Counted from the first letter of the whole stretch, positions 48,535 to 62,399 are shown. The stretch: DNA of 63,092 nucleotides, filler included, from Reclinomonas americana ATCC 50394 (GCA_048213135.1; 26 parts of 26 records of this genome joined end to end with filler, not necessarily neighbours in it); one strand, 5' to 3'. The notes: generated by a model from the sequence alone, not told the origin. Numbers and translations: made by a program.

Positions 48535-50150
48535 TCAATCCAGCTCGGCCTCATCCTTCTCGCCCTCCTCGGCCACTCTCCTCTTCTCGATCTCGCGCTG
48601 TCGAATAATCTCACGCGCTTCGTCCTTTTCCTCAGTCGACACGGCCTCACCGTCCTGCACGTCACACACAGTAAGCCACCCATGCGTTGCGTCAGTTACC
48701 ATATGCATCCAAACGCAACGAGTCCCGCCAGGTTGATCCAGTCGTCCACGTCGCGCAGGAGAGCGGCGAGCACTTGTATCCGTGGCAACTCGGGCTCGTT
48801 CTCTTGCAGGTACAGCTCGGTCAGTGATTCGTGTGCAGCAAAGGCGGCCAGCTCCTCCGGACCGCTGAGGACGTTTCCGCTGAGACGCACACAGCGCAGC
48901 GACGGCGGCTCGTTGCCGACCGGCTCGATGCGACTGATGCGGTTCTGCGAGGCGTCAATCTCCTCCAGCGATGTGAGGGTGGTGAGGTCTTGTAGTGTGG
49001 TGAGGAAGTTGCGAGTGACCACCAGCGTCTTGAGTGCCGGCGCCTGAATACCCATGAGCTCCGTCATAAAGTTGTTGTGCAGATCCAGCGTGATGAGCGA
49101 CGGCATCACACCGCCGCTGTCGAACTGCTCGAGGAGATTGCTGGCCAGCAGCAGCGTGGCCAGGCTCGGTGCCACTGTCTGCGCCACGCCGTCGCCCACG
49201 AGTGCCACTCGTGAAATCGCATTCTCCGTGACCGACAAGTACTGCAAGTGCGGCAGGGCCAGCAGCAGCGGCGAGATGTCCCGAATGGCGTTGCGGTCGG
49301 CGCGTAGTGAGCGCAAATTCTCCAACTGTGCCAGCGGCGAGACGTCGGTGATCTTGTTGTCGCACACATCCACGTGCTGCAGCGACGCGCGGAACACGCG
49401 AATCGGATCCACGTCCAGCAGACTCTTGGCCTGCAAGGGGGGAGAGGCAAGAATGAGCTCTCTTCCACCAACCAGGAATGCCGGAGAGAAAACCCAGACA
49501 CGCAACGCTGAGCGTGCATACAGTGTAGCTGTAGCGCATCTCGGCACCCGGCAGCGCGGCAATGGCCGACAAGGCCGTAGTCACCACCCCATCGGTGCAC
49601 GGCTTGCAGTTGCGCGGACGGTCGAGCGCGGCGTGGCGCTGCATGGCGGTGACCAGTGGGTCGCCCTCCGCGTCCGCAGAGGTGCGCACAGGCTGCGCAC
49701 ACGCATGCAGCATCCACTGGTTCGCCGCCTCGTCCTTGTAGATCTTGAACAGCAAGAATGCTGTGCGATTATGACGTTAGCCGCGCGATGACACGCTCCC
49801 AGCACCGATTCGACTGTACCTCCAAACACCGACGCATCCACCTGCCACTGGTGCGTCACCGCGCCCGTCGAGTCCGCCACCGTGTTCTGCACTCGTCCCA
49901 ATCCACCGCCCGACGTGCTGCCACACACACTAGCACATCAGCGCACGAAGCCCTGCAATCTTCCACGACTGACAGGCATACACACCTCTTGAGCAACACA
50001 TAGAGAGCCGTGGTCGCCGGCATCTTGTCGAGGCCCACAGTCAATCGAATCGTGACACTGCCGGGATTGGCCGCCACCGGCGCCGCCGGCGGCGCATCGT
50101 CACCCGCCTCTTGTCCCTCACTGGCCTCGGTGGGTGCCACACTACCACGC
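48535..50150 (-). CDS. LRRC23: Leucine-rich repeat protein, LRRC23-like (axonemal)
   Basis: Y....LSAKSL.D...LQHVDV.DNKITDVSPL..L..L..LRADRN.I, LPHLQY.S...N.I, terminal LDGE....EE..EA. Confidence 0.65.
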
Positions 50151-50290
50151 AACACAAAATCAGCACCTGTCTCCCCGCCCTCCCCCCCCCNNNNNNNNNN
50201 NNNNNNNNNNNNNNNNNNNNNNNNNNNNNNNNNNTTAATTAATTAANNNNNNNNNNNNNNNNNNNNNNNNNNNNNNNNNNNNNNNNNNNN

Positions 50291-51116
50291 CACCGCCGGC
50301 CGCAGTATGAACAAGACAATCCTGAACTGCGTGAGGAACTTTGTGGCGTTGCCGAAAGGTCTTCATACGAGACTTGACGCCCACAGCATCCTGCTGTCGG
50401 TGAGTCCTTGTAACTTATATGTTTGTTGTGCCGCGTCTTCTAATTAGTGCGTGCATCAATGCATCCATGTGTCTGTCGGTGTCGACGAACAGTTCGATGG
50501 AGAGGTCTGGGATGCGCGTTCTTGCGAAAAAATCATGACTACGGCGCTTGATGGCCAGTACCGATGTGTGGTGGATGGCACCGGTGAGTCGCTAATGCTG
50601 ATGCTGCTGGTCTTGTCGTTGCTGCCGTGATGGTATAGTGCATTGTTGCTGAGAAACTTTTCTTTGACTTGTCAGTGCACGAGAATCCCGGTGGATCGTT
50701 CCGCGTCTGGCGGCAGGACTGCCCTGCTCACATGCGACCACACCGTCAGATACTGCTGGTCCACCACATACTGGTCTATCGCAAATTCACCACCGTATGG
50801 GCTGAACAAGACGCGGTGTTCCCGTGGGGCCAATTCTACAATGACGATTCGGTCAACAGTCCGTATGGCTTCCTGCGGCGCCACGGACTGAAAGACTTTG
50901 ACATCGACGACGATGCGGTACTTCATACTCGTTGCATCGGTCATGTATATGTGTGTTCTTTTTTCACTGACCGTTATACTCCTCCCCCAGTTGCTGGCAC
51001 TATGCAAACAGCTGGATGAATCGGACGGTCGACTGGGCCTGAGCAAGGGTGATCTGGCTCTCAATCCGAATTTGACAGATTCCGAATCCAGCGCTAGCAG
51101 CGGTCGCGATCTGTAG
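50291..51116 (+). CDS. Hypothetical spliced gene, last exons
   Basis: GTGAGT donors at about 50400 and 50584; ends ...SSGRDL*. Confidence 0.55.
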
Positions 51117-51399
51117 AGGTCTACAGCTGCCAGATCCATACGACAACTCAAGTTCCCCATCTACAACTCTTTCTGCGATACAATTCAGTAAATCAGATGC
51201 ATGCGAGACACTTATAAAAGCATTTGCTTGCCACTTGGTGAGCAATGGCAGATAATAATAGAAACTTCACTAGTACTGATCCATACACAACAATGAGCAT
51301 CTAGATCTCTACCAATGATCGCCGACAAGCCTCGTGTGCTTTCCTTCTACAACTAAAACTGTTTTAAGTGTGTTGTCGACGTTGAGAATAAAGCCCTAT

Positions 51400-52030
51400 T
51401 CAGGACACACAGCCTCCATCGAGGTCACAGGGAGCACCACCAGCTCAACTTTGACCTGATCGCTGCGCCGACCTTCTGCTTGATGGCCTTGACCAACGAC
51501 TCGTGCTTGGTCTTCTTGCCGTTGACAGCGGACTTGACCGAGTCTTCGTTGCAATTGGCGAAGGGGCACGTCAACTCCACCACCTGGACCGAGCAGATCT
51601 CACCAGTCCTCTCTCTGGTATGAACCAAATGGATGAGGTCCGGCTTGAGCCTGGCCAAGTTGGCGTGGTTGGCAACGTTCACCGCCGCGGGCAGCAAGTC
51701 GACGTCGACACACTCGCGCAACAGCTGGCACGCCACACCGTCCACCTTGGGGCGCCGCACCAGAGTCGCTTGAAGGACGTCAAGCACATTGTCGTGACGC
51801 GTCGTCAACAAGCCCTTCAGCTTTTCACAGCCGTTGAGCAAGTGACCGAGCGACTCCGACTCCTTGCCACAAAGTGGGCACAGCGAGGCAGGGCCACCCG
51901 GGTTGCTGACCACCGCCTTGTTGTTGAGCATGACGGAGTTGGTCCGCATCTTGCACAGGAAGCGCTGATCCTTCTCGCTGATGACGTTGCCCTGAGCCAC
52001 CACGTCATGGGTTCCAACAGCAGCCTTCTG
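51400..52030 (-). mobile_element. Degenerate 5'-truncated RLE-type (R2/R4/NeSL-like) non-LTR retrotransposon 3' end
   Basis: CPLC-x-ESLGHLLNGC zinc knuckle, RHD, KPDL...VELTCPF, KKTK; apparent frameshifts near 51995 and 51460. Confidence 0.85.
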
Positions 52031-53460
52031 CAGAGAGTCGACAAAGGCCAGCCCACAATATGACGCTTGGAGCAGAAGTGTAACATCGCAGGCAAAAAGC
52101 GAGAGGCAAACGGAAACACAACACCACCGTCAGCCAGCCGTCCGACCACCATGGCCAGCGGAGGCTGACCAGCACACTGACACCCAACTTCAGAGCGTGC
52201 CCGAGAGCAACACCCATCAGATTGGAGCGAACAGCGCGACGATCGCGAGGAGCGCTTCGGATCAGTGGCCACTTGGAAGCGAGTACCTGCAACAGGAGCA
52301 ACCGCAGCAGCACCAGCCGGAGGAGCAACAGGAGACAACAACACAGAGAAATACCGCTGTGGCGAGTGGCAACTGGCAGCTGTTGGCGACTGACGTCTGT
52401 GACCTCCTCGTTCGTTTGTCGCAGCGGTCGGCAACGGCGAAAAATCGTCAACACGACCATTACTTCTCTCACATACCGTACTCTCTTTCGACGGTTTGGC
52501 GTCGCTTTGGATCCGCCGGGGTGCCCCGGTGCACGTGTCGGTGCATGCAGCGTCGGAGAAGCACCATTGATGCCACAGCACCATGTGCATCTCGCGGAGG
52601 CAGCGCGAGTCTGTGTCAGCTTCAGTAATGCATCTCCTGCACGGCTGCCAGAGCCACGCGCGCACATTCCAGCTCGCAGTACTAGTGCGCGAGGTCACCT
52701 GTCAGTGACAACAGTGCCACTCCAATCACCGCCCAGTGCGGCTGATGGTGCGATCGACGACACTGCTGCAGTGTGTCGCTCCAAGCGCCACAACTCGCCA
52801 CCGCTGGCAAGAGACCACACTCACCACGCGCTGGCAGTCGAGAGTGAAGACAATGGCGAGCACAAGTTGCAACTCTCTCACACACATCTCACACACCATC
52901 GACAATGCGCACGACATAGGGAACAACACGTGCAGCAGTCTTTCACTGCGCACTGACGTCCTCCTGCGGCAAACCTCATGCAAGAAAAGAGGAGTGAGAG
53001 ATAAGAGGAAAAAGAAAAAAGCAAATTTTCGTGTCATTGTNNNNNNNNNNNNNNNNNNNNNNNNNNNNNNNNNNNNNNNNNNNNTTAATTAATTAANNNN
53101 NNNNNNNNNNNNNNNNNNNNNNNNNNNNNNNNNNNNNNNNGACGGAGGAAGAGTGGGTTCGTCCTGCGACGTCCACTGCCGCACAGGCAGACGACGAGGC
53201 TTCGAGCGCACTCTGTGCACAAGGTGTAGAGGAGTACAGTCTCGCTGCATTCTGCGACACGCCGCAAGCAAGCGAAACAAAAATCCCGACGTTGAGTTAT
53301 CGACGTTGACGTTTGCACCACGGCCGGAGCTCGAAAAAAAGCTCGTCTGCGCACCACCTCCTCCACATACCTCTCTCCCCTCACGCTACAAAGCTTCCGA
53401 TCCGCGCTGCTCACTTTGTCGCCTCCAATCAGTCACAGGACAAATTCTCTAACGACAAAG

Positions 53461-55888
53461 ATGCGCGGTGGCAGAGGAGGCTCCTCGAGTCGTGGCGCCA
53501 AGACGCGCGGAGGCAGTCGCGGAGGTCGCGGTGGAGGACGCCGTGGCCGCGGCCGCGGCGGTTTCGCGTACGGAGACTTTGCTGCGCGCGATATGCAGCG
53601 AAAAGACCCGTTTGAGCAGCACGACGACGACGAGCAGGCCAGTTCCGAGGAGGACTCGCGCGGACCACGCATGTCAGAGAAGCGGATGCGGCAAGTGGAA
53701 CAGGAAATTCGTCAAGTTGCGTCTCTTGTGTGTGCGTGTGCGTGTGCATGTGAATGTGCACGTGACACTCACACACACGCACCTCGCCCTGCGCGTGTAG
53801 TATGGTCATGTGGGATCGCTGGAGTTTGACGGGTTGCCTCCGGGATTCATTGATGAGGAGCTTGACAGTGATCTGGAGGAGTTTGGAGGCACCAAGCGAG
53901 CATCGCCTTCCGCTGAAGATGATCGTCGCGTGGAGGACTTCCTCGCCAGCAGCAGCGATGATGATGACGATGATGATGATGAGAGTAGTGTGGAGGCGCA
54001 AGTGACTGGCAAGCGACGTGCACGCAGCGATGACGACGATGAAGAGGAGGATGAGCTGGAGGCACGAGCGCGACACGTTCGCATGTTGTCAGCGGTCGCG
54101 CGTGACAGCGATGGTGCACCTCCGCGCAAGGCACTGAAGATTGGCGAGGTGACGGAGAAAGGCGGGCGGACTGCGGAGTCGCAGTTTGCGCTGGGCTCGG
54201 GCGGCAAGGTCACGCTGCGCGATCTCGTGGGCTCGTTGCAGAGCAAGGACGAGTTTGGCAACGTGCAGAAGCAGATGGAGCGCCTGACGCAGGTCAAGGT
54301 GCGTCTGTGTGTTTGTGGCGATGAGGGTGGAGGGCCGACACTCAGTTTGTGTGTGTGCAGGGCGTCGTGGCACCGCCACTGGCCAAGACCACGCAGGAGA
54401 AGCTGACGCGCAAGGTGGCGTACGAGCACATGAAGGACACGGTGACAGAGGACTGGCAGCAGATTGTGACGCAGAATCGTGATGTGCGTCGTGCTATCCC
54501 TTTGCGCGCGCACACATACATATATAGATAGCTGATCAAGCGCGCGCGCACACACACAGGCTGAGCATTTGCGATTCCCGCTGAACGATCCCGGGCGTAG
54601 CTCGGTTACTCATGCTTCGTTGGTCAGCGAGCACAAGGTTTGCTCGAGCACGTGTGTCGATCTCTTTTTCTGCAACTCACCTGCGCCAATGACAGCCGCT
54701 GACAAACATGGAGCGTGAGGTGTCGGACATGCTCAAGCAGAGTGGCATCACCGAGCCGAAGCTCGTCAACTTTGAGGAGGCGAAGCTGGCCGAGATGGAT
54801 CCAGCAGAGGTCTTGCGCGCGCTACTTTTTTGGCTTGATTCTTTCCCCCTCCCCTGCTGACACAGCTCGCAGGCCGAGAAGCGACGCGCCGAGTTGGCAC
54901 AGATGCGCAGCTTGCTCTTCTTCCACGAGCGCAAGATGAAGCGTTTGGCGCGAATCAAGAGCAAAAAGTACCGCAAACTGCGCAAGAAGGAGAATGTCAA
55001 GCTGTCGCTGGAGGAGCTGCAGCAGATTGATCCGGAGCTGGCACGTCAAGAGGCCGAAAAGATGGAACTTGGTCGGGCCAAGGTGGGGAGGGGAAGGGGG
55101 GAGGGAGGAGAGGAGAGGAGGAAACGGGAGACGAGAGAGGGCAGGAGTGTGGAGAGGAGAGGGGAGGGAGGAGAGGGGAGGAGATAGGAGGAGACGGGAG
55201 ACGAGAGAGGGCAGGAGTGTGGAGACGAAAGTGTGGAGAGGAGAGGGGAGGAGAGGAGGGAGAGAGAAACCTGCGCGGGAGGGGGAAGGCGAAGAGGGGA
55301 GCGGAGAAGGGAGAAAGAACTTGCGGAGCCTAGCGCCTCGTTCCTACTCGCTTGTTCTTCCTCTCGTTTCGCTACCCCTCACTCACATTCATACCGTCCA
55401 TCACAGGAACGCATGACTCAGCGGCACAAGAACACCTCCAAGTGGGTCCGACACGCGCTCTCGCTGAATGGTGCCGCCGGCAAGGAGGTACTGTCGTTCA
55501 ACGCTTTTTTTTTTAGTCGTTGCTGTCACTTACGCGTTGCGGTTCGGTCGGCAAGGTGCAAAAAGCCATTTCGGAGCAGCTTCGCATTGGTGACGAGCTG
55601 CGAAAGAAGGTGCAGTCCATGGACGACGATGATTCTGGCGACGAGAAGGACGGCAGCAGTGACGACAGCGATGCATCGACGGATGACCTCGGCATGGCGG
55701 AGATGGATTCCTCTGAACGCGCCAAGGCCATGCTGTGGAAACTGAAGAGCAAACAGGAGCCTGATATGCCGCAAAAGGTCTCCCCTTGCGAAGCATCTTC
55801 CCCTCACCATCTCATTGCTGACTAGTTGCGTGCTGCTGCTGCAGGGTCTGCTCGGCATGAAATTCATGCGCGATGCCGCCGAAAAGAA
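53461..55888 (+). CDS. UTP14: U3 snoRNA-associated protein 14 (3' truncated)
   Basis: PL.K..QEKL.RKVAYE, W..IV.QNR.AEHL.FPL, ELA.MRSLLF..E.K.KR..RIKSKKYRK, ERMT.RHKNTSKW, GL.GMKFM. Confidence 0.95.
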
Positions 55889-56140
55889 NNNNNNNNNNNN
55901 NNNNNNNNNNNNNNNNNNNNNNNNNNNNNNNNTTAATTAATTAANNNNNNNNNNNNNNNNNNNNNNNNNNNNNNNNNNNNNNNNNNNNTCTCTTTCTTCC
56001 TAACTCGTGTGTGCAATGTGCAGAAGAGTGGTGGGGCGACTGGCCAAGGACGTGCGTGTGTCTGTTGGTGGGCTGCTGGAGAATGTGTACATGATTGTGC
56101 GGACGATGCAAGAGTTTGCGCCGGCGTCAGTGTAATCGTC

Positions 56141-58258
56141 TCATGATGATGATGATGATGGTGAGGTGGGGAGCCATTCGTCGATCTGTGCCAGAATGGA
56201 ACCGTCGGCGGCACACCCCGCGAACTGCATGCCGACGCGCATTGCCCATTGCATCACCACGCTGTCGTCGAGCTCCAGGAACCATGTCCATGAGAAGTGG
56301 GGCTTGCGCACTGCTGGTGGGGTCAGTGTCTACTGCTGTGCGAGGGGAGGGGAAGGGCAGGCCGCGCAACTACCGCAGGTGCCGATCTCGCCGTACTTGC
56401 TCTCCAGTGCAGCCTTCTCGTCGTGGTATGCGCGCTCGGCGACCTCGCGATCGCGAGTGCCGAATGCGCGCCACATGAGCTCCGTGTCGGTGAAGACGCC
56501 CAGACGGGGAGCACCGAGTTTGAGCGACGTGCTGATGGCGGGTGTGGCTGACATGCGCCACGCAGGATGCAGTGGCGAGTGCGGCAGACACACCCAGTGG
56601 GAAAAGTCGACAAAGTGTGTCATTGGTGCGTCTCCCTGCACGTTCCAGTCGCCGCTGACGTCGTCGGCCAGAGCCTCCAAGTCAGCAAGTTCTGCACCCT
56701 CTGGCCGCTTGAGGGACAGCGGCAGTTGTTCCGACGTCACGCCCCACTTGTTGAGAACGTGACGCAGCTCGCGACAGTGACCGCGCGCCAGCTGCTGCAG
56801 GCGAGCCACCGAGTAGTCTTTCGTGTCGGAGCGAAGAAGCGAAGCTCAGTGAGAAACACACGCGCACTCGCGATCGCACAGCCACCGACGCAACAGACGA
56901 CTTCGTCGTGACACGACACGAGCCGCGACTGCCTCTGCCGCAGCGACAGCACACATCGGTCGCCCTTGTAGCCGGTGGCCGGATTGGCGCAATCTTCGCG
57001 GAACCGCAACCCCGTGTCGACAATGGCATAGAACTGCACCGTGGACCAGGCGGCACCCTCTAGTTCGGCCAGTCGCTGCATCAGCCGCTGGTACGCCAGC
57101 TCCTTCAGTGCCTGTGTGTGCAAGTGAGGCGAAGGAGAGGAGGAGGAGGAAGAGGAGGTCAAAATAACACTGAACGTCGGCCAGGTTCAGGAAGCCGCAC
57201 GCCTTGCGCTCAATGTCCGACTGCAGCACCGTCGTTCCGCAGCCCTTGACATCAATCATGCCGGCTTGCACGTTGCTGTCGTCGTCGAACCAGTACTTGT
57301 CATCGACAAAATACGTACACGCACGCCCGCCGCCCTTCATGCGCAGCGCCGACTTGGTGCGGCTGCGATCGACCACCTCGTCGACACTGCCGCTCGAACC
57401 CAAGTCCAACAAGTCGTGCATGTCGCCACCAGGAGACATGCGGCGCACCTGGCGGCGCACTGTCAGCGAACATGCAAACACACACCACTTGTCAACGAAC
57501 AACTCACCTGCCCGGCCGACAAGTACGCCGTCTGCTCAATCACCCAGGCATCAATCGCCGCCTCGTCCAGCTCCGCCAGCTGCTCGGCAAAGTCTCGCCG
57601 AAGCAGGGCATAGTCGGCCGCCAGCACACGCGCATGTCGGAGCCTGGCAAAGCCGTCTTCCAAGGCGTCGAAATCGAGAGCACCAACATCCTTGTGCATC
57701 TCTGCTGCTGCATTGTGCTTCCAGTAGTACCCGTGGCCGAGCCAGCTCTGCCGATCTGCCTCATCGTTGCCGGTCTGCCACAGGGAATCGTCGACCACCT
57801 CACACGGAGTGGGCGGCGGAAGCAAGGCCGGCTGCATGCACAAGTGAACGTATGCGCGGACAGGAGAGTATGTATACGAGTAACAACGCAACAGTGTAGT
57901 GCTGCTCCCGTGCAGCCAGGTCGCTGAGCGTGAGATGATCCGACACGGCCAGTCGACGAGTGTAGTTGTGCGTGGACAGCACTCGACAGATGGCGTCGGC
58001 GCTCTCCAAGAGACTCTCCTCGCTCAGCACATGCGTCGGGTCGGCCGCGGGCAGAGTGCTCCACTCGGATGCCAGTGTGCTGCCGAGCTGTCCGCGAGCG
58101 TGCATGTGTCGCAGCGCATGTACCATCATGCGCACCTCCTCCACATGACGGCCGTGCGGGAATGCAGACGGCAGAGTGTATTGTTCCTGAGAGGCGATGA
58201 TGAGACGGGAGAGAGAGAGAGGGAAAGAACAAGCGTGTTGCCTGTGCGTGCTCACCAT
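56141..58258 (-). CDS. SelO-like (pseudokinase/AMPylase-fold) protein, complete multi-exon gene; allele A
   Basis: RVLAADYALLRRDF, GGGRA, IDVKGCG, G.L.LADALKE, NVQ...VDF; six GT-AG introns restore the frame. Confidence 0.6.
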
Positions 58259-58395
58259 CCGACGTCGAAGAGTATATGCTCATCGCGGACAACGGCGGAC
58301 TTCAATTCGGTCCACACCTTCGTACCGTGGGTGTCGTGCGGCGGATAAACACAACTCCCGAGTTTACATTACATTTCTTTAAAAAAGCGCTCACT

Positions 58396-58684
58396 TCACC
58401 ACACGTTGAACGCCAGCAGAGCCAACCCTAGCGTGGCAAAGATGTCCAGAAGCTGCGCCACCCAGTACAGGCCCATCAGCGCCCACACCGAGGGGCCCTT
58501 GCTGGGCTTGCTTCCGCGGCGACACAGACGCAGACCGAGACCGATGGACACGAACGAAAACGTTGAGAACCACTCCGCAACAACGAACGTGAACCCGCGC
58601 ACATTGTCACGCATGCTCGACGGCACTGCCGTGTTGAACACAATGGCGATGATCACAAAACCGAGTACGAACTTGGGGAATCTG
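58396..58684 (-). CDS. YeiH / putative sulfate exporter family membrane protein, last exon; allele A
   Basis: FPKFVLGF, W.....FVSIGL, LY..AQ..DI..TL.LA.LAF. Confidence 0.75.
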
Positions 58685-58980
58685 TGATGATGGGCGGAAA
58701 CGCGTGAGAACGAGCGGCGACAACGCTAGCCGNNNNNNNNNNNNNNNNNNNNNNNNNNNNNNNNNNNNNNNNNNNNTTAATTAATTAANNNNNNNNNNNN
58801 NNNNNNNNNNNNNNNNNNNNNNNNNNNNNNNNTTTCTTCCTAACTCGTGTGTGCAATGTGCAGAAGAGTGGTGGGGCGACTGGCCAAGGACGTGCGTGTG
58901 TCTGTTGGTGGGCTGCTGGAGAATGTGTACATGATTGTGCGGACGATGCAAGAGTTTGCGCCGGCGTCAGTGTAATCGTC

Positions 58981-61105
58981 TCATGGTGATGGTGATGATG
59001 ATGGTGAGGTGGGGAGCCATTCGTCGATCTGTGCCAGAATGGAACCGTCGGCGGCGCACCCCGCGAACTGCATGCCGACGCGCATTGCCCATTGCATCAC
59101 CACGCTGTCGTCGAGCTCCAAGAACCATGTCCATGAGAAGTGGGGCTTGCGCACTGCTGGTGGGGTCAGTGTCCACTGCTGTGCGAGGGGAGGGGAAGGG
59201 CAGGCCGCGCAACTACCGCAGGTGCCGATCTCGCCGTACTTGCTCTCCAGTGCAGCCTTCTCGGCGTGGTATGCGCGCTCGGCGACCTCGCGATCGCGAG
59301 TGCCGAATGCGCGCCACATGAGCTCCGTGTCGGTGAAGACGCCCAGACGGGGAGCACCGAGTTTGAGCGACGTGCTGATGGCGGGTGTGGCCGACATGCG
59401 CCACGCAGGATGCAGTGGCGAGTGCGGCAGACACACCCAGTGGGAAAAGTCGACAAAGTGCGTCATTGGTGCGTCTCCCTGCACGTTCCAGTCGCCGCTG
59501 ACGTCGTCGGCCAGCGCCTCCAGGTCAGCGAGTTCCGCACCCTCTGGCCGCTTGAGGGACAGCGGCAGTTGTTCCGACGTCACGCCCCACTTGTTGAGAA
59601 CGTGACGCAGCTCGCGACAGTGACCGCGCGCCAGTTGCTGCAGGCGAGCCACCGAGTAGTCTTTCGTGTCGGAGCGAAGAAGCGAAGCTCAGTAAGAAAC
59701 ACACGCGCACTCGCGATCGCACAGCCACCGACGCAACAGACGACTTCGTCGTGACACGACACGAGCCGCGACTGCCTCTGCCGCAGCGACAGCACACATC
59801 GGTCGCCCTTGTAGCCGGTGGCCGGATTGGCGCAATCTTCGCGGAACCGCAACCCCGTGTCGACAATGGCATAGAACTGCACCGTGGACCAGGCGGCACC
59901 CTCCAGTTCGGCCAGTCGCTGCATCAGCCGCTGGTACGCCAGCTCCTTCAGTGCCTGTGTGTGCAAGTGAGGCGAAGGAGAGGAGGAGGAGGAGGAGGAG
60001 GTGACGAGGTCAAAATAACACTGAACGTCGGCCAGGTTCAGGAAGCCGCACGCCTTGCGCTCAATGTCCGACTGCAGCACCGTCGTTCCGCAGCCCTTGA
60101 CATCAATCATGCCGGCTTGCACGTTGCTGTCGTCGTCGAACCAGTACTTGTCATCGACAAAATACGTACACGCACGCCCGCCGCCCTTCATGCGCAGCGC
60201 CGACTTGGTGCGGCTGCGATCGACCACCTCGTCGACACTGCCGCTCGCACCCAAGTCCAACAAGTCGTGCATGTCGCCACCAGGAGACATGCGTCGCACC
60301 TGGCGGCGCACTGTCAGCGAACATGCAAACACACACCACTTGTAAACGAACAAGTCACCTGCCCGGCCGACAAGTACGCCGTCTGCTCAATCACCCAGGC
60401 ATCAATCGCCGCCTCGTCCAGCTCCGCCAGCTGCTCGGCAAAGTCTCGCCGAAGCAGGGCATAGTCGGCCGCCAGCACACGCGCATGTCGGAGCCTGGCA
60501 AAGCCGTCTTCCAAGGCGTCGAAATCGAGAGCACCAACATCCTTGTGCATCTCTGCTGCTGCATTGTGCTTCCAGTAGTACCCGTGGCCGAGCCAGCTCT
60601 GCCGATCTGCCTCATCGTTGCCGGTCTGCCACAGGGAATCGTCGACCACCTCACACGGAGTGGGCGGCGGAAGCAAGGCCGGCTGCATGCACAAGTGAGC
60701 GTACGCGCGGACAGGAGAGTATGATTACGAGTAACAACGCAACAGTGTAGTGCTGCTCCCGTGCAGCCAGGTCACTGAGCGTGAGATGATCCGACACGGC
60801 CAGTCGACGAGTGTAGTTGTGCGTAGACAGCACTCGACAGATGGCGTCGGCGCTCTCCAAGAGACTCTCCTCGCTCAGCACATGCGTCGGGTCGGCCACG
60901 GGCAGAGTGCTCCACTCGGCTGCCAGTGTACTGTCGAGCTGTCCGCGAGCGTGCATGTGTCGCAGCGCATGTACCATCATGCGCACCTCCTCCACATGAC
61001 GGCCGTGCGGGAATGCAGACGGCACAGTGTATTGTTCCTGAGAGGCGATGTTGAGAGGGGAGAGAGAGGGAAAGAACAAGCGTGTTGCCTGTGCGTGCTC
61101 ACCAT
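58981..61105 (-). CDS. SelO-like protein; allele B
   Basis: Near-identical to 56141-58258. Confidence 0.6.
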
Positions 61106-61238
61106 CCGACGTCGAAGAGTATTATATGCTCACAACGGCGGACTTAAATTCCGTCCACACCTTCGTGCCGTGGGTGGCGTGCGGCGGATAAACACAACTC
61201 CCGAGTTTACATTACATTTCTTTAAAAGAGCGCTCACT

Positions 61239-61527
61239 TCACCACACGTTGAACGCCAGCAGAGCCAACCCAAGCGTGGCAAAGATGTCCAGAAGCTGCG
61301 CCACCCAGTACAGGCCCATCAGCGCCCACACCGAGGGGCCCTTGCTGGGCTTGCTTCCGCGACGACACAGACGCAGACCGAGACCGATGGACACGAACGA
61401 AAACGTTGAGAACCACTCCGCAACAACGAACGTGAACCCGCGCACATTGTCACGCATGCTCGACGGCACCGCCGTGTTGAACACAATGGCGATGATCACA
61501 AAACCGAGTACGAACTTGGGGAATCTG
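61239..61527 (-). CDS. YeiH-family membrane protein, last exon; allele B
   Basis: Same translation as 58396-58684. Confidence 0.75.
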
Positions 61528-62011
61528 TGATAATGGGCGGAAACGCGTGAGAACGAGCGGCGACAACGCTAGCAGNNNNNNNNNNNNNNNNNNNNNNNNN
61601 NNNNNNNNNNNNNNNNNNNTTAATTAATTAANNNNNNNNNNNNNNNNNNNNNNNNNNNNNNNNNNNNNNNNNNNNGGAAGGAGAAGGGGGGAAGGAGAAG
61701 GGGGGAAGGAAAGGGGAAGGAAAGGGAAGGAAAGGGGAAGGAAAGGGAAGGAAAAGGGGAAAGGAAAAGGGGAAAGGAAAAGGGGAAAGGAGTAATGAAC
61801 AAGGACGAGGAAAGAGAAAAAGAAAGGGATGAGGAAGGGGAAGCAGAGGGAGGGAAAAAGGGAAGGAATGAAAGAAGGAGGAGGAAGGAGTAGGGAAAAT
61901 GAGAAAAGGAGGGGAAAAAAGAGATGACGAAGGGGAAGGAGAAGAGGAGAAGGAAGACAGGGGGAGACACAAAGAGACAGTGCGAGAAGCAGAGAAAAAA
62001 GGGGAAGCCAC

Positions 62012-62315
62012 TCACGATATCGAGAAATTGGTAGCATTCGCGCCTCCGGTGATTGCGTATGTGAAGCTGGTGTCGATGGGATCTGGGTCGGTGGCCGACA
62101 AGGTGCCAACCACAACCCCCGCAACCGAGGGCGCAATGTAGGTCGCAGGCGTGAGCGTAATGTTGGTAGGGGCGCTGTTGGTGGCTGGTCCGCAGCAGAC
62201 GACGCCGCCGGGAGAGAAGCCGGTGTTGCGGGCGCCGGCGGCGCTCTGCTGGGCGTAGTCGATGCGACCGCGGGAGGCGCCAAAGCAGCTGGTGGCGGTG
62301 GCTCCACGAGCACTG
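62012..62315 (-). CDS. Pro/Ala-rich exon of an unknown gene
   Basis: Coding-like segment between a polypyrimidine-CAG acceptor and a GTGAGT donor. Confidence 0.45.
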
Positions 62316-62399
62316 CGTTGAGGGAGAAGGGGTAAGGGAGGAGAGGGGGGGGGGGAAGGGGGAAGAGGGGGGAATGGAGAAGAGGGGGTTTAGAAAGAA

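Noticed and set aside
56330..56370. Apparent CGSCAAC metal motif and TAG/TGG nonsense polymorphism between SelO-like alleles
   Set aside because: The segment lies in a GTTGCG...CAG intron, so neither is coding; not evidence of stop-codon reassignment
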